Shown piece after piece: positions 1 to 11,869 of a stretch of DNA of 62,069 bases. The stretch's first letter is position 1. Each line of letters starts with the position of its first letter. The notes below the pieces were generated by a model. The model did no database searches. It saw only the letters and a program-made list of their open reading frames with translations, and had not been told where the DNA came from. This stretch comes from Octopus bimaculoides. Its lineage: Eukaryota. The position numbers were made by a program, and so were the translations under genes. The stretch covers positions 106,717,997 to 106,780,065 of the forward strand of contig NC_068986.1 in NCBI RefSeq assembly GCF_001194135.2, read 5' to 3'.

Positions 1-259
1 CGATCAACAGAACATCTTGCTCGTGAAATCAACGTGCAAGTGGCTGAGCACTCCACAGACACGTGTACCCCTAACGTACTTCTGAGGGAGATTCAGCATG
101 ACACACAATGTGACAAGGCTGGCCCTTTGAAATACAGGTACAATTCATTTTTACCAGCTCAGTGGACTGGAGCAACGTGAAGTAAAGTGTCTTGCTCAAG
201 GATACAACGCGTCGCCGGGAATTGAACTCACGACCTTACAAGCCACGCACCTTCACAAC
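1..259 (-). mobile_element. tRNA-derived SINE family 1, variant, partial
   Basis: Core shared with copies at 10861, 22422, 41362 and 59408; tRNA-like head at the right end. Confidence 0.7.
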
Positions 260-756
260 ACTTATTACATACTATACAGAAATAAATGCATTTTTGCTGA
301 CCCTTATGCTACAGAAGCCTCAAGCATTATCTAGGAAAAAATCGTATTAAAATAAACACTCTCCCCCATGTAACAGTTATTTCAGTTGCTTCGGATCTTA
401 ACACTATTTAACTTCAAACAAAAAAAGAAACGGCATTAGTAAACACTTCTTTGGTTTGATTTGTAACTATCTGGCAGGCTGTTCTTCATTTATTTGATCT
501 ATGATTACTGTTTTTCGTCATTTGTAACCTTCTTAGAATTTTTAACTACATATTGGCTAATCGATATTGGTTAATCGATATTCCATTCCTATATTGCTTC
601 GTTTTAAAACTGATTCTCTTTTTAGGTATTTCTGTTCACTGATTAAAACGTCGTTATCGAAGGATCCTTACGTTCTTCCTTTCACCAATAACTCTATTGG
701 CTGTTGTTAATATAACTTCAAAGGGAACTGGTAATTCCTGAACGCTTCCATCAATT

Positions 757-838
757 ACTACTACTACTACTACTAGGCCAACGACAATGACGACGAGGAT
801 GGATAATAATAGTAATAATAGTAATAATAATAATAATA

Positions 839-915
<77 letters not shown>

Positions 916-1235
916 ACTACGATGATGATGATGTTGATGATGATGATGATAATAATAATAATAATAATNNNNNNNNNNNNNNNNNNNNNNNNNNNNNNNN
1001 NNNNNNNNNNNNNNNNNNNNNNNNNNNNNNNNNNNNNNNNNNNNNNNNNNNNNNNNNNNNNNNNNNNNNNNNNNNNNNNNNNNNNNNNNNNNNNNNNNNN
1101 NNNNNNNNNNNNNNNNNNNNNNNNNNNNNNNNNNNNNNNNNNNNNNNNNNNNNNNNNNNNNNNNNNNNNNNNNNNNNNNNNNNNNNNNNNNNNNNNNNNN
1201 NNNNNNNNNNNNNNNNNNNNNNNNNNNNNNNNNNN

Positions 1236-1295
<60 letters not shown>

Positions 1296-1320
1296 TGATG
1301 ATGATAATAATAATAATTAA
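757..1320. repeat. Compound trinucleotide microsatellite (ACT/AGT/ATG/AAT) spanning a gap
   Basis: Direct inspection. Confidence 0.95.
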
Positions 1321-2019
1321 TTCGTTTTATTGGCCACAAGGGCTAATATCAATTAAAACATATAAGGACAAAGACAAGACGAAGGTTACAAAAGGTTTTG
1401 TCCGAAAAGGTAGGAAAGTTCGTCTAAACAGAGGAAGAAAATGGAGAAAGATATAATAAATAGATAAATAAATAGATAAATAAATAAGTAGAACTTCCAA
1501 AGGGGGAGGCGCTTCGAAAAAGGAAAGGTTACACGTGGAAAAACCCATAAAACCACGGGAGCCTGGTCAGAAAAAATAAGAAAGGGGTATAGAGCCCTTT
1601 CTCCTTTTACATTACCTTTTTTTTTTCTTTCCTTTTTTTCTACAGGTGTATTCTCAGAATTGGTCCGTTTATACTGGCTATGATAATAATAATAATAAAC
1701 AAGATTTGTGGTTATGTTCAGGTCTTAATAGTATTATATTTTATGTTTTCAGGTCTTAATAGTATTATATTTTATGTTTTCCTTCAGGGTTACTTTTTCA
1801 CTAATGTGTTCGAATATTTGGTGTCATTTATAAAAGTACAAGTATCTTCAGACAAACAAATATACAAGGATACATAGATACATAAATACATACACACATA
1901 CATTCATTCATACATACATACATACATACATACATACATACATACATACATACATACATACTACAAATGACACAGAAAATAGTTTGATGAAATTTTATTT
2001 AACAATGAGATAATTTTAA

Positions 2020-2167
2020 TTTCACGACGTTTCGTAACTTAAAAGCATGTAAATAGTTTACTGTATTATATCTAATGATATATAAATTACTTACATGCCT
2101 GCATTAATGCAAAATGCAAAACGTATATCAAAATACTGTAGAATTTAAGCTACGTCCTCAGGTGAAA
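2020..2167 (-). ncRNA. Minimal type I hammerhead ribozyme motif (Penelope-type) with a long loop 2
   Basis: Minus strand reads UUUCAC-CUGAGGA-C-GUAGCUU...AAGUUAC-GAAA-CG-UC-GUGAAA: 6-bp stem I, 7-bp stem II, palindromic ACGU stem III, GUC site. Confidence 0.65.
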
Positions 2168-2485
2168 GAAAGCATTTATTAAAAAGTAGATTATCAATGT
2201 ACCGTTCCTATAGGAACGCCAAGTCAAGGTTTTAAAATATTATGGAAGATATTTGTGACTTAATACAATCCTTTTCTTGTATTGTACTATATATTCTGTT
2301 TTGTAGAATGATACATTCAGGAACTCTTTTAGTGAGTACTACCATATTACTTGAATTCATGTATTGTGACTTAAATGTACGTACGTACGTATGTATGTAT
2401 GTATGTATGTATGTATGTATGTATGTATGCATGCATGTATGTATGTACGTATGTATGCATGTATGTATGTATGTATGTATCTATG

Positions 2486-2525
<40 letters not shown>

Positions 2526-3271
2526 NNNNNNNNNNNNNNNNNNNNNNNNNNNNNNNNNNNNNNNNNNNNNNNNNNNNNNNNNNNNNNNNNNNNNNNNNNN
2601 NNNNNNNNNNNNNNNNNNNNNNNNNNNNNNNNNNNNNNNNNNNNNNNNNNNNNNNNNNNNNNNNNNNNNNNNNNNNNNNNNNNNNNNNNNNNNNNNNNNN
2701 NNNNNNNNNNNNNNNNNNNNNNNNNNNNNNNNNNNNNNNNNNNNNNNNNNNNNNNNNNNNNNNNNNNNNNNNNNNNNNNNNNNNNNNNNNNNNNNNNNNN
2801 NNNNNNNNNNNNNNNNNNNNNNNNNNNNNNNNNNNNNNNNNNNNNNNNNNNNNNNNNNNNNNNNNNNNNNNNNNNNNNNNNNNNNNNNNNNNNNNNNNNN
2901 NNNNNNNNNNNNNNNNNNNNNNNNNNNNNNNNNNNNNNNNNNNNNNNNNNNNNNNNNNNNNNNNNNNNNNNNNNNNNNNNNNNNNNNNNNNNNNNNNNNN
3001 NNNNNNNNNNNNNNNNNNNNNNNNNNNNNNNNNNNNNNNNNNNNNNNNNNNNNNNNNNNNNNNNNNNNNNNNNNNNNNNNNNNNNNNNNNNNNNNNNNNN
3101 NNNNNNNNNNNNNNNNNNNNNNNNNNNNNNNNNNNNNNNNNNNNNNNNNNNNNNNNNNNNNNNNNNNNNNNNNNNNNNNNNNNNNNNNNNNNNNNNNNNN
3201 NNNNNNNNNNNNNNNNNNNNNNNNNNNNNNNNNNNNNNNNNNNNNNNNNNNNNNNNNNNNNNNNNNNNNNN

Positions 3272-3630
3272 TTGCCTTAATTTCTCTATCTGTGTGTATT
3301 GGCATATCCCAGAGTATGGTTGCTTTCTCGTTTTCTGTGACCTTTTCTGGCGTGTGTTTATACCATCTTTTTTCTGTTGTTATTCCATAGTGTTGGCATA
3401 GCTTCCAGTATATATAGGTCCCAGCTCTGTCGTGTCTGTGAATATATTCCTTCTTAGCCAGGACTGGGCAGCCAGAGATAATATGATTTATTGTTTCTTG
3501 TCGATCTCCACATATTCTACAGTTACTTGTTATATTTCTTTTCATTATGTGTTTTTGGTAATTTCTGGTGGGGAGGCTCTGGTCTTGTGCAGCAATTAAA
3601 AATCCTTCAGTCTCTGCTTTGAGTCCTGAG
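3272..3630 (-). mobile_element. R4/Dong-like non-LTR retrotransposon fragment (CCHC zinc finger and RLE region)
   Basis: CRICGDRQETINHIISGCPVLAKKEYIHRHD...ILWDMPIHTDRE. Confidence 0.85.
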
Positions 3631-4187
3631 CTTTATTATTATTATCATTATTAAGACGGTGGGCGTGGGATGGCAAAATCGTCAACGCGCCGGACAAAAT
3701 ACTTAGCACCATTTCGCCCGTCTTTACGCTCTGAGTTCAAATAGCACCAAGGTGGACTTTGCTTGTGATTCTTTCATGGTCGACTAAATCCTGTGATAAC
3801 AGAGGTTGAAATACTCAACTTATGGGCTTCCAAAATTTACTATATATATGGGGTTTAGCCCCATTAGGCTGTCTTAATATTATTGAAATTTGCTGATATT
3901 TTTGGAAAAGGCATCATTTCTGTTCATTTGCTTATGGTTTGAATTTCATTTAAACTAATGGGAAAAAGTTTTTCAGTGGGAGGTTTGTGACCCCCGAGGA
4001 TCTCTTTGATCAAAATGAAATATACTTATCCAAGTACCCAGGTCTCGATGTATTCTCCACTATTACCCACTGCCCCGAAATTGCTGACTTTCTGCCTATA
4101 GGAGAAATGATTACCAGTTGTTATTGTTGCAGTTTTTAAGACGGCGAGCTGGCTGAATAGTTTGCGCGTCGGTCAAAATGACAAGCT

Positions 4188-4808
4188 GGGGCACCAGTAT
4201 TTTCTTAACGAAACACTAACGAAACACTTTGAAACTTGGGACACTGGTAGAATGTGTCATATAAAACATCTTTTACTCTTAGTCTTCTTAACAAAAAAAC
4301 CTACATCGCAAGTTATTCCATGTTAAAGTTGTCGTATTTCTGTAATTTCAACCAATCACTGACGTCTATTCAGCTGAATAGAGATACTGCTGGGCGGACA
4401 CAAAAATGTTATTCCCTGTGACATATTTCATCCGGTTTAATCGTAATTTATACGCATATATTGTTTATATAATAAATTACGCTGTGCGTATCTATGTGTG
4501 TAACAATTTTAGAGTTCGCATTCTAGAGTTAGGGTTAGTTTTAGGGTTAGGGTTAGGGTTAACAGTCTAGTTAGGGTTAGGGTTAGGGGATTAATACGAT
4601 ATACACCGTTACAGCGCTAACTGTTTTCAACTGAATAGACGTCAGTGATTAGTAGAAATTATCGAAATAAGACAATTTTTTACATGAAATAAATTCGAAT
4701 ACAAAAATTTTTTTCTGTTCTATAACACAAAATAGATAAGTATACGAAGCTTGAAAGTCTTTCGGTACCAAAAACACTACATAAAACATAAATAAAAACT
4801 GGTGCCCC
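4188..4808. mobile_element. MITE-like element with TIRs and an internal TTAGGG array
   Basis: Ends GGGGCACCAGT/ACTGGTGCCCC, subterminal inverted block aatcactgacgtctattcag, imperfect (TTAGGG)n at ~4528-4588. Confidence 0.7.
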
Positions 4809-5471
4809 CGTTTTGAAATAGATCCCATTTCTTCCGGCTGTTTACGTACAAAGTTCAAATTACACTGAGGTCGATTTTGCTTATCAAACTTTCGGGATCG
4901 ATGAAATAGGTACAACTGCAGCACTGGGCGCGATGTAAACAACTTCACCCCTTCCTGTCATTGATATTAACTTGTTTGTTTACACCTGAATTTACTCTAA
5001 TATGTACGCAAATATCAGTCAATAAACAAATAATTAACAGTTATAAAAATATTTATCTTTCTTATAAATCCGTTTAGAGAACCTTAAGTAAAACTTCGAA
5101 TGATAAAGAAAGTGAAAGTCATATACAAAAGACAAATATAATTATATTATCACGTCATGTCACAAATGGTATTCGATAAGTTAATTATGGATTCATGCAG
5201 CGAAATTTCTCAAGTTATGAAAAGCAACAAGGCATTTTTAACAAAGTAATAACGTCAACATAGTAATTATATTTGATAATCGCCTGACATTATCACAATA
5301 AATAATTGCATATTTATTTATTTATTTATTCAATTTCCCAATAATACTCTGGTCTTTGCCATAATTTCACACCTCCAATCTGAAATCATACATACATACA
5401 TACATACATGCATACATGCATACATACATACATACATGCATACATACATACAAACATACATATATACATAC

Positions 5472-5835
5472 ATGGAGAAGAGAAACTGTGCACAGTTGTG
5501 GAAATTAGCTGCCCAGCGTATGTTAACATAAAGCTGAAGATCAGTGAAAAAGAGGACACCTATGCTGAACTATTGAGAAATCTGTAGTTACTCTATCCAG
5601 ATTACAAGTTCAGTTTTATATCTGTAATTATTGGAGCCCTGGGATATGTAACACACTGCCTAAATACCAATCTTGAGTAATTAGGCTTCAAAAACTAGAA
5701 ACGAAGAAAGCTATTTCGAAGACTACAGATCCAATCCATCAATGGAACTATAAGAATCGGCAAAACTTACCAGAAGTTTATCATTTAAATATATATGAGC
5801 ATGTCTACATATGCGTCTATATGCATGAAAATACA
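5472..5835 (+). mobile_element. RLE-type LINE 3' end followed by (TACA)n
   Basis: Degenerate CTVVEISCP...VIIGALG endonuclease region, nearly identical to ~48130-48535. Confidence 0.7.
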
Positions 5836-6627
5836 TACATAAAAAATACAAATCTGCACATACATACATACATACATACATACATACATACATACATGCA
5901 TACATACATACATAAATGCATGCAAATATACCACGTAGTTGAAGTTGTAATTATCATAATGTAGCCTTGGATCTAGGAAAGAAACCAGTTCTTTCTCTAT
6001 TGGCAAGATATCTGTCCGGTCTGGTGATGAAGACACACTATGCAATGACTGTTCTTTGTCTGGCGTATTCCGTTAATCAAGTATCATCTCGTCCATTGCA
6101 ACCGAAATGTTCTGACCGCCCTTAAACAACTACAATGGAAGGTCGGCAGTATTGAGAAGGGTTGCGTTACTAGTTCATGCCAACCCCGAGCATGGCCGCT
6201 GTCTACTGACCGATACAAATAAACGATAAAAAGTAATGACATTATTTTTACATCTTTCTGTTCAGCCTGTTTTTGCTCTGATCAAACTGGTTCATGATTA
6301 AAGGCGAGTCGCTTTAATATACCCAGTCTTGTGGTAAGAGGAGTCAATATACTCCCGCCAAGTTTGTTGTTTAGCGCCTACTGGTTTGGCTGTAAGGGAC
6401 TGTACTCTGCATGTGCTATGAAAAAGTAGAAGAGTAGTGTCCCTTCATTATTATTATTTTTATATTTTTAGAATAAATGATGAAATGTAATTTTTATGTG
6501 GCAATAGGTTTACTTTATTATCTCTGCTATTTGAAATATTGCTCTACTTTTTGCCGAGGCAAAAAATTAATGCTTTCTTTGGAATTTCTTTTCTTTTAAT
6601 GTATTCTATTTCCTGTTAGTAGAGAGG

Positions 6628-6696
<69 letters not shown>

Positions 6697-7547
6697 GTTC
6701 AGTAGTTTTATTTTTATAACGTGCTTTCACTTCACTACCGAGCGCAGCTCTGTGCGCCTTGGGTATGTGCTGTGGTTTGCTTTGGTGCTCTTATGTTTAC
6801 TGTATTGAAAGTGTTTTGCGTAGGATGTGTGCAGTACACAGTAGTGCAATTTTCTGTATGTTATATATATTTGTAAGTCCTGGTGTTTTTGTTATGTATT
6901 TATCTGAATATTTTTTTATTATACCTAAGGCACCTACTATGATAGGAANNNNNNNNNNNNNNNNNNNNNNNNNNNNNNNNNNNNNNNNNNNNNNNNNNNN
7001 NNNNNNNNNNNNNNNNNNNNNNNNNNNNNNNNNNNNNNNNNNNNNNNNNNNNNNNNNNNNNNNNNNNNNNNNNNNNNNNNNNNNNNNNNNNNNNNNNNNN
7101 NNNNNNNNNNNNNNNNNNNNNNNNNNNNNNNNNNNNNNNNNNNNNNNNNNNNNNNNNNNNNNNNNNNNNNNNNNNNNNNNNNNNNNNNNNNNNNNNNNNN
7201 NNNNNNNNNNNNNNNNNNNNNNNNNNNNNNNNNNNNNNNNNNNNNNNNNNNNNNNNNNNNNNNNNNNNNNNNNNNNNNNNNNNNNNNNNNNNNNNNNNNN
7301 NNNNNNNNNNNNNNNNNNNNNNNNNNNNNNNNNNNNNNNNNNNNNNNNNNNNCTATCTGTGTGTATTGGCATATCCCAGAGTATGGTTGCTTTCTCGTTT
7401 TCTGTGACCTTTTCTGGTGTGTGTTTATACCATCTTTTTTCTGTTGTTATTCCATAGTGTTGGCATAGCTTCCAGTGTATATAGGTCCCAACTCTGTCGT
7501 GTCTGTGAATATAATCCTTCTTAGCCAGGACTGGGCAGCCAGAGATA

Positions 7548-7548
<1 letters not shown>
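6697..7548 (-). mobile_element. R4/Dong-like LINE 3' part embedded in (TAA)n, split by a gap
   Basis: ISGCPVLAKKDYIHRHD... and PIIVGALGIIKKY...LLCTAHILRKTLSIQ*, with TAA arrays at both ends. Confidence 0.85.
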
Positions 7549-7597
<49 letters not shown>

Positions 7598-7619
7598 CAT
7601 TATTATTATTATTATTATT

Positions 7620-9000
7620 CAGTAGTCTTATTTTTAACACGTGTTTTCACTGAAATAACAAGCGCCGCTCTATGTGTCTTGAGTATGTGCTCTGGTTTGC
7701 TCTGATGCTCTTATTTTCACTGTATTGTGCGGTACGTAGTAGCGTTGGTTCCTATTTGGTATGTATAGTTCTAAGTCCTTGTGTTTGATTATTACTATTA
7801 TTCCTTCGTAACACCCTGTAGGTAAAAATGCACTGGAATATTTAGTCATTTGTCAAGTCACAACAATTTCCTCAGATAGATAATACTTTCTTTAAGGTGT
7901 GCGTTCTGCCCAATAACGCTGCTTTCTGCAAGGAATCAAACTTCCATGGGATTTCCAGTTTCCTTAAAAAGTCTTGAAGTTTCAGTAGGATTGGACCCAA
8001 CGCTTCGATCACCATTGTTATCGTTTTTACGTTACCCTCTCGCATTCCATACAGTCTTGCCATTTCCACTTTCAGTTCGAAGTACTTGGTGGATTTTTTC
8101 AACCTCTTTACTCACAAAATTCATGTCATTTGATATAGCTACATCAATGATCTGACAGTATTTGTCTCTCTTATTCAATATGACAATATCCGGCCGAGAG
8201 TGTTCGATTACACGATCCATCTGAAAATCATAGTCCAAGAGTATCGTTACTTTTCTATTCTCCTGCATAACTTTACTTCGTACATTGTCATACCAGTCGT
8301 CTGTTACTTCATGTTGGTATTTACGGCATAAGAGCCAATGAACATACGCACACACTTTACCGTGGCGACGCTTGCATTATTTTTGTGGAAGACTCTCATA
8401 TCCACTTACCAAGTGGGTCACATTTTCCACACTCTTCCACAAATTCTGCATTTCTGGATGTCAGAAGTTTTATAGATGTTATACTTCACTGAATTGATAG
8501 CGAGAGCCTGGTCTTGCACAGCAATGATCTGGCTTTCGGTGGTACGCTTCAAATCACATCGCTCAAGTCATACCCACGATGCTGTATTATCCTTAACGTC
8601 TTGTGTATTCCTTTCAAACTGTCCATACGTTTTCATTTCAAGAAGGTCTTTCTTCTTCTCCTCAGCTCTTGGTTAAACTCTTCCTTGCCCATAATTTCAT
8701 CTGCATTTACACTCATATATTTCGCGACATATTGCAGCAAGTCTTCATCACTATTTATCAGATACTCGGCAAACGTTCTCCTTTCACTCCTTATACAATG
8801 GTCTATACTAATTAGTCCTCTGCCACCATTCGTTCTATTCATATAGTCTGTTTACGTTTGCTTTAGGGTGTAGCGCCCCATGCAGCGTCATCAACCTTCT
8901 CGTACTTCTATCCAGTGTTGACATTCTCTCTTTAGTCCATTTGAGGATGGATGCACTATGTCTGACCACCGCAACTGCGCAGATATTAATTGCGGTAATC
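7620..9000 (-). mobile_element. Older R4/Dong-like LINE fragment
   Basis: GGRGLISIDHCI, ILLDYDFQMDRVIEHSRPDIVILNKRDKYCQIIDVAI, with frameshifts. Confidence 0.8.
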
Positions 9001-9262
9001 AAAGTTTTGGCATATGTCAGCCTGCACATGATATATACCAGTGGCTGATCACTCCAAACACAAGTAGTTCTGATGACGACTAGGGATGACACAGAATGTG
9101 ACAACAAGGTAGGTCCTTTTCATTTAGATGTTGAACTCATTATTGCCACCTGAGGAGAAGGAAACTACATGAACTTAAGGGTCATGTTCAAGGGCACAAC
9201 GCACCACCAGGAATCGAACCCACGACCTCACAATCGTGAGCTGAATACCTTGATCCCTAAGC
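8990..9262 (-). mobile_element. Degenerate tRNA-derived SINE (family 1)
   Basis: Diverged core and tRNA-like head. Confidence 0.5.
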
Positions 9263-9594
9263 CACACACCATAAAGCAGAAGAATGTGCAGAAGACACAA
9301 GCTTTATAGACTGTAACCTTTGTGTACGCCATTAGTTCACTGTTGTCCTAGACTCATTTAACTCAGACTTGCTGGTGCTGAAGCTCCTCTTCCAATATGA
9401 ATTTTGATCTCAGACTATATACAATAATAAGGAATATAAGAGGCGCCCCGATTATATACCAAGGCTTGTCAATTGGACGCTTTGCAACAAATATGGTTTT
9501 AACAGAGAAAAAAATTGGTACGGCCACAAACCTGAAGGCATCGTTGAAAATAGAAATGCAAAGATCCTATGGGATTTTATGATTCAGTGAGACC

Positions 9595-10004
9595 ATGAGA
9601 TAGAAAATAGGAAGCCAGACATTGTGTTAATTGTGTTAATTGAGAAAGAAAACAAACTATGCTGGATCATAGATATAGCATGCCCAGCAAGACAACAAGG
9701 TATGTGATAAGGAAGAAAGAAAAGTCGATAGATATGACAGGTTAGCTTGGGAGGTAAAGAAGTTGTGATCGATGAAGAAGGTGGTAGTGTACCAATAATT
9801 GTGGGCGCCCTGCGAACAGTGAGTAAAAATCTCGAGAAGTACGTGGAACAAATACGGGCTGCGATAAGCATGGAAAACAGCACTGATTGGAACCGCTCGA
9901 ATACTCCGGAAGGTGTTCGAAAGAAATTATGTGTTACATTAGTTCACTGATAGTGAACAGTTGACACCGTAATACATCTCCAGCGTTAGAAACTGTGCAA
10001 AAGC

Positions 10005-10050
<46 letters not shown>
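9595..10050 (+). mobile_element. RLE-type LINE 3' end with a (TAA)n tail
   Basis: RKPDIVLI..CWIIDIACP, VPIIVGALRTV, then (TAA)n from ~10007. Confidence 0.75.
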
Positions 10051-10051
<1 letters not shown>

Positions 10052-10077
10052 TGATGATGATGATGATGATGATGATG

Positions 10078-10620
10078 CAGTACCAGGCACTGACTCTCAT
10101 GGCTTCTGATCTTAATTGATTGGATGTATTATCGTGTACATTGTTTTGTCTTGGTATAAAAGATTGGCTACAGCAATTATTCTGCTCAATACCACAGTTT
10201 TGCTTGTCAGTTGTTTGACCTTAACCCGTTGAGCATGTCCCTTGATGGCTGACGGTATGTGCATCTCTGATCACGAGCAGAAGTAGTGGGGGAGCATCAT
10301 AGCCATGTGTTGAGAGGAATTCTTTGGGGTTTGAATAATTCACCTTTGGAAACATGGGTGTTTTGCTCAACATCCTTAAACAAACCTTATTCAGGGACCT
10401 TTTGAGTGGGATGGGCTACTTGACCTGAAGAAAATTCTAAGTGGGCCCCACTTGCGAGGTCATGCGCTGTTTATCTTGATATGAGATCACCATGTCGTGC
10501 ACATATGGTTGTGATGCATGTGCCTGGTGTACCCTTATCAGACGGGTAGTCATGATGGGTACACTGGGCTTCGTATATTTGACCCCAGTGTCACTGTGAT
10601 GGCATGCACTGCTCTCTCAC
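10078..10620 (-). repeat. ~550-bp non-coding dispersed repeat flanked by trinucleotide microsatellites
   Basis: Homologous to 19833-20075, 43815-44295 and 51985-52423. Confidence 0.8.
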
Positions 10621-10639
10621 TCAATAATAATAATAATAA

Positions 10640-10670
<31 letters not shown>

Positions 10671-10860
10671 AAGAAGAAGAAGAAGAAGAAGAAGAAGAAG
10701 AAGGTAGAAGAAGAAGAAGAAGAAGAAGAAGAAGAAGAAGAAGAAGAAGAAGAAAGAAGTAGAAGAACAACAACAACAACAACAACAACCACAACAACAA
10801 TAGTAACTGTAGAAAACATACATATATTTCGTCAAAAAGAACCGTGCCATCCCACCACCT

Positions 10861-11250
10861 ATTTTTTGTTGTTGTTGGCACTGCGTTGCTTACGACGTCG
10901 AGGGTTCCAGTTGATCCGATCAACGGAACAGCCTGCTCGTGAAATTAACGTGCAAGTGGCTGAGCACTCCACAGACGTGTACCCTTAACATAGTTCTCGG
11001 GGATATTCAGCGTGACACAGTGTGACAAGGCTGGCCCTTTGAATTACAGGCACAACAGAAACGGGAAGTAAGAGTGAGAGAAAGTTGTGGTGAAAGAGTA
11101 CAGCAGGGTTCGCCACCATCCCCTGCCGGAGCCTCGTGGAGCTTTTAGGTGTTTCCGCTCAATAAACACTCACAACGCCCGGTTTGGGAATTGAAACCGC
11201 GATCCTATGACCGCGAGTCCGCTGCCCTAACCACTGGGCCATTGCGCCTC
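10861..11250 (-). mobile_element. Full-length tRNA-derived SINE family 1
   Basis: Head gaggcgcaatggcccagtggttagggcagcggactcgcg with A/B-box-like motifs and a (CAA)n tail. Confidence 0.85.
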
Positions 11251-11869
11251 CCCACCATCCATTAGGAAGCATATTTTGAACAAGTAACTTTTAGATATAA
11301 GACATTTTTCTCTGAAATAAACTAAATCTTGGAAAGATTTTGTTCATATGTCAGGCACCAACACTCCTCGAGAGGAGAGAGACTAATATACCCGTTCTTT
11401 ACCAATGCCATGTAGGTTTTTCTTGTCACACCCAGAAAACAATTATTTAATAGAAAATACAAGCTTCTATTGCAAGAAAATATCTTTTCATTAAAAAAAA
11501 AATGTCCGTATTGCAACATATGGCAGAAATTGTTTGTTCTAACCATAAAATATATTTTAAGATAATTTCTTAAATCAAACTAAATGACAGGAGGTTATTT
11601 AACTGTTAACAAAGAGCATAAAACCTGTTTAATATGTCACACGGGGAGATTATTCCATAATAGCCATCATATATATGTCTCTAGCGTGGTTTCAAAATTA
11701 TATTTTTGCTACTGAAACGGGAAAATGGGATTGATTTGATAGTTTTATCAGAATTTTCGTAAATTTTAAAAAAACAATATTCTTCATGTGAAATAATTAA
11801 TGTATTCAATTCTTGACGGTTGATTAATCCAGCCTGTTGTTTATTTACACATTGTCCTGTCTAGTTGTA

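Noticed and set aside
1721-1790. Short tandem repeat of about 30 bp containing ttcag|gt
   Set aside because: A simple local slippage duplication; the splice-like sites do not build a coherent exon.
4528-4588. True telomere or chromosome-fusion site
   Set aside because: The array is short, degenerate and internal to a TIR element.
11170-11250. tRNA-like sequences (also near 41362, 58656 and 59408)
   Set aside because: They are SINE heads continuous with SINE bodies, with no complete cloverleaf.
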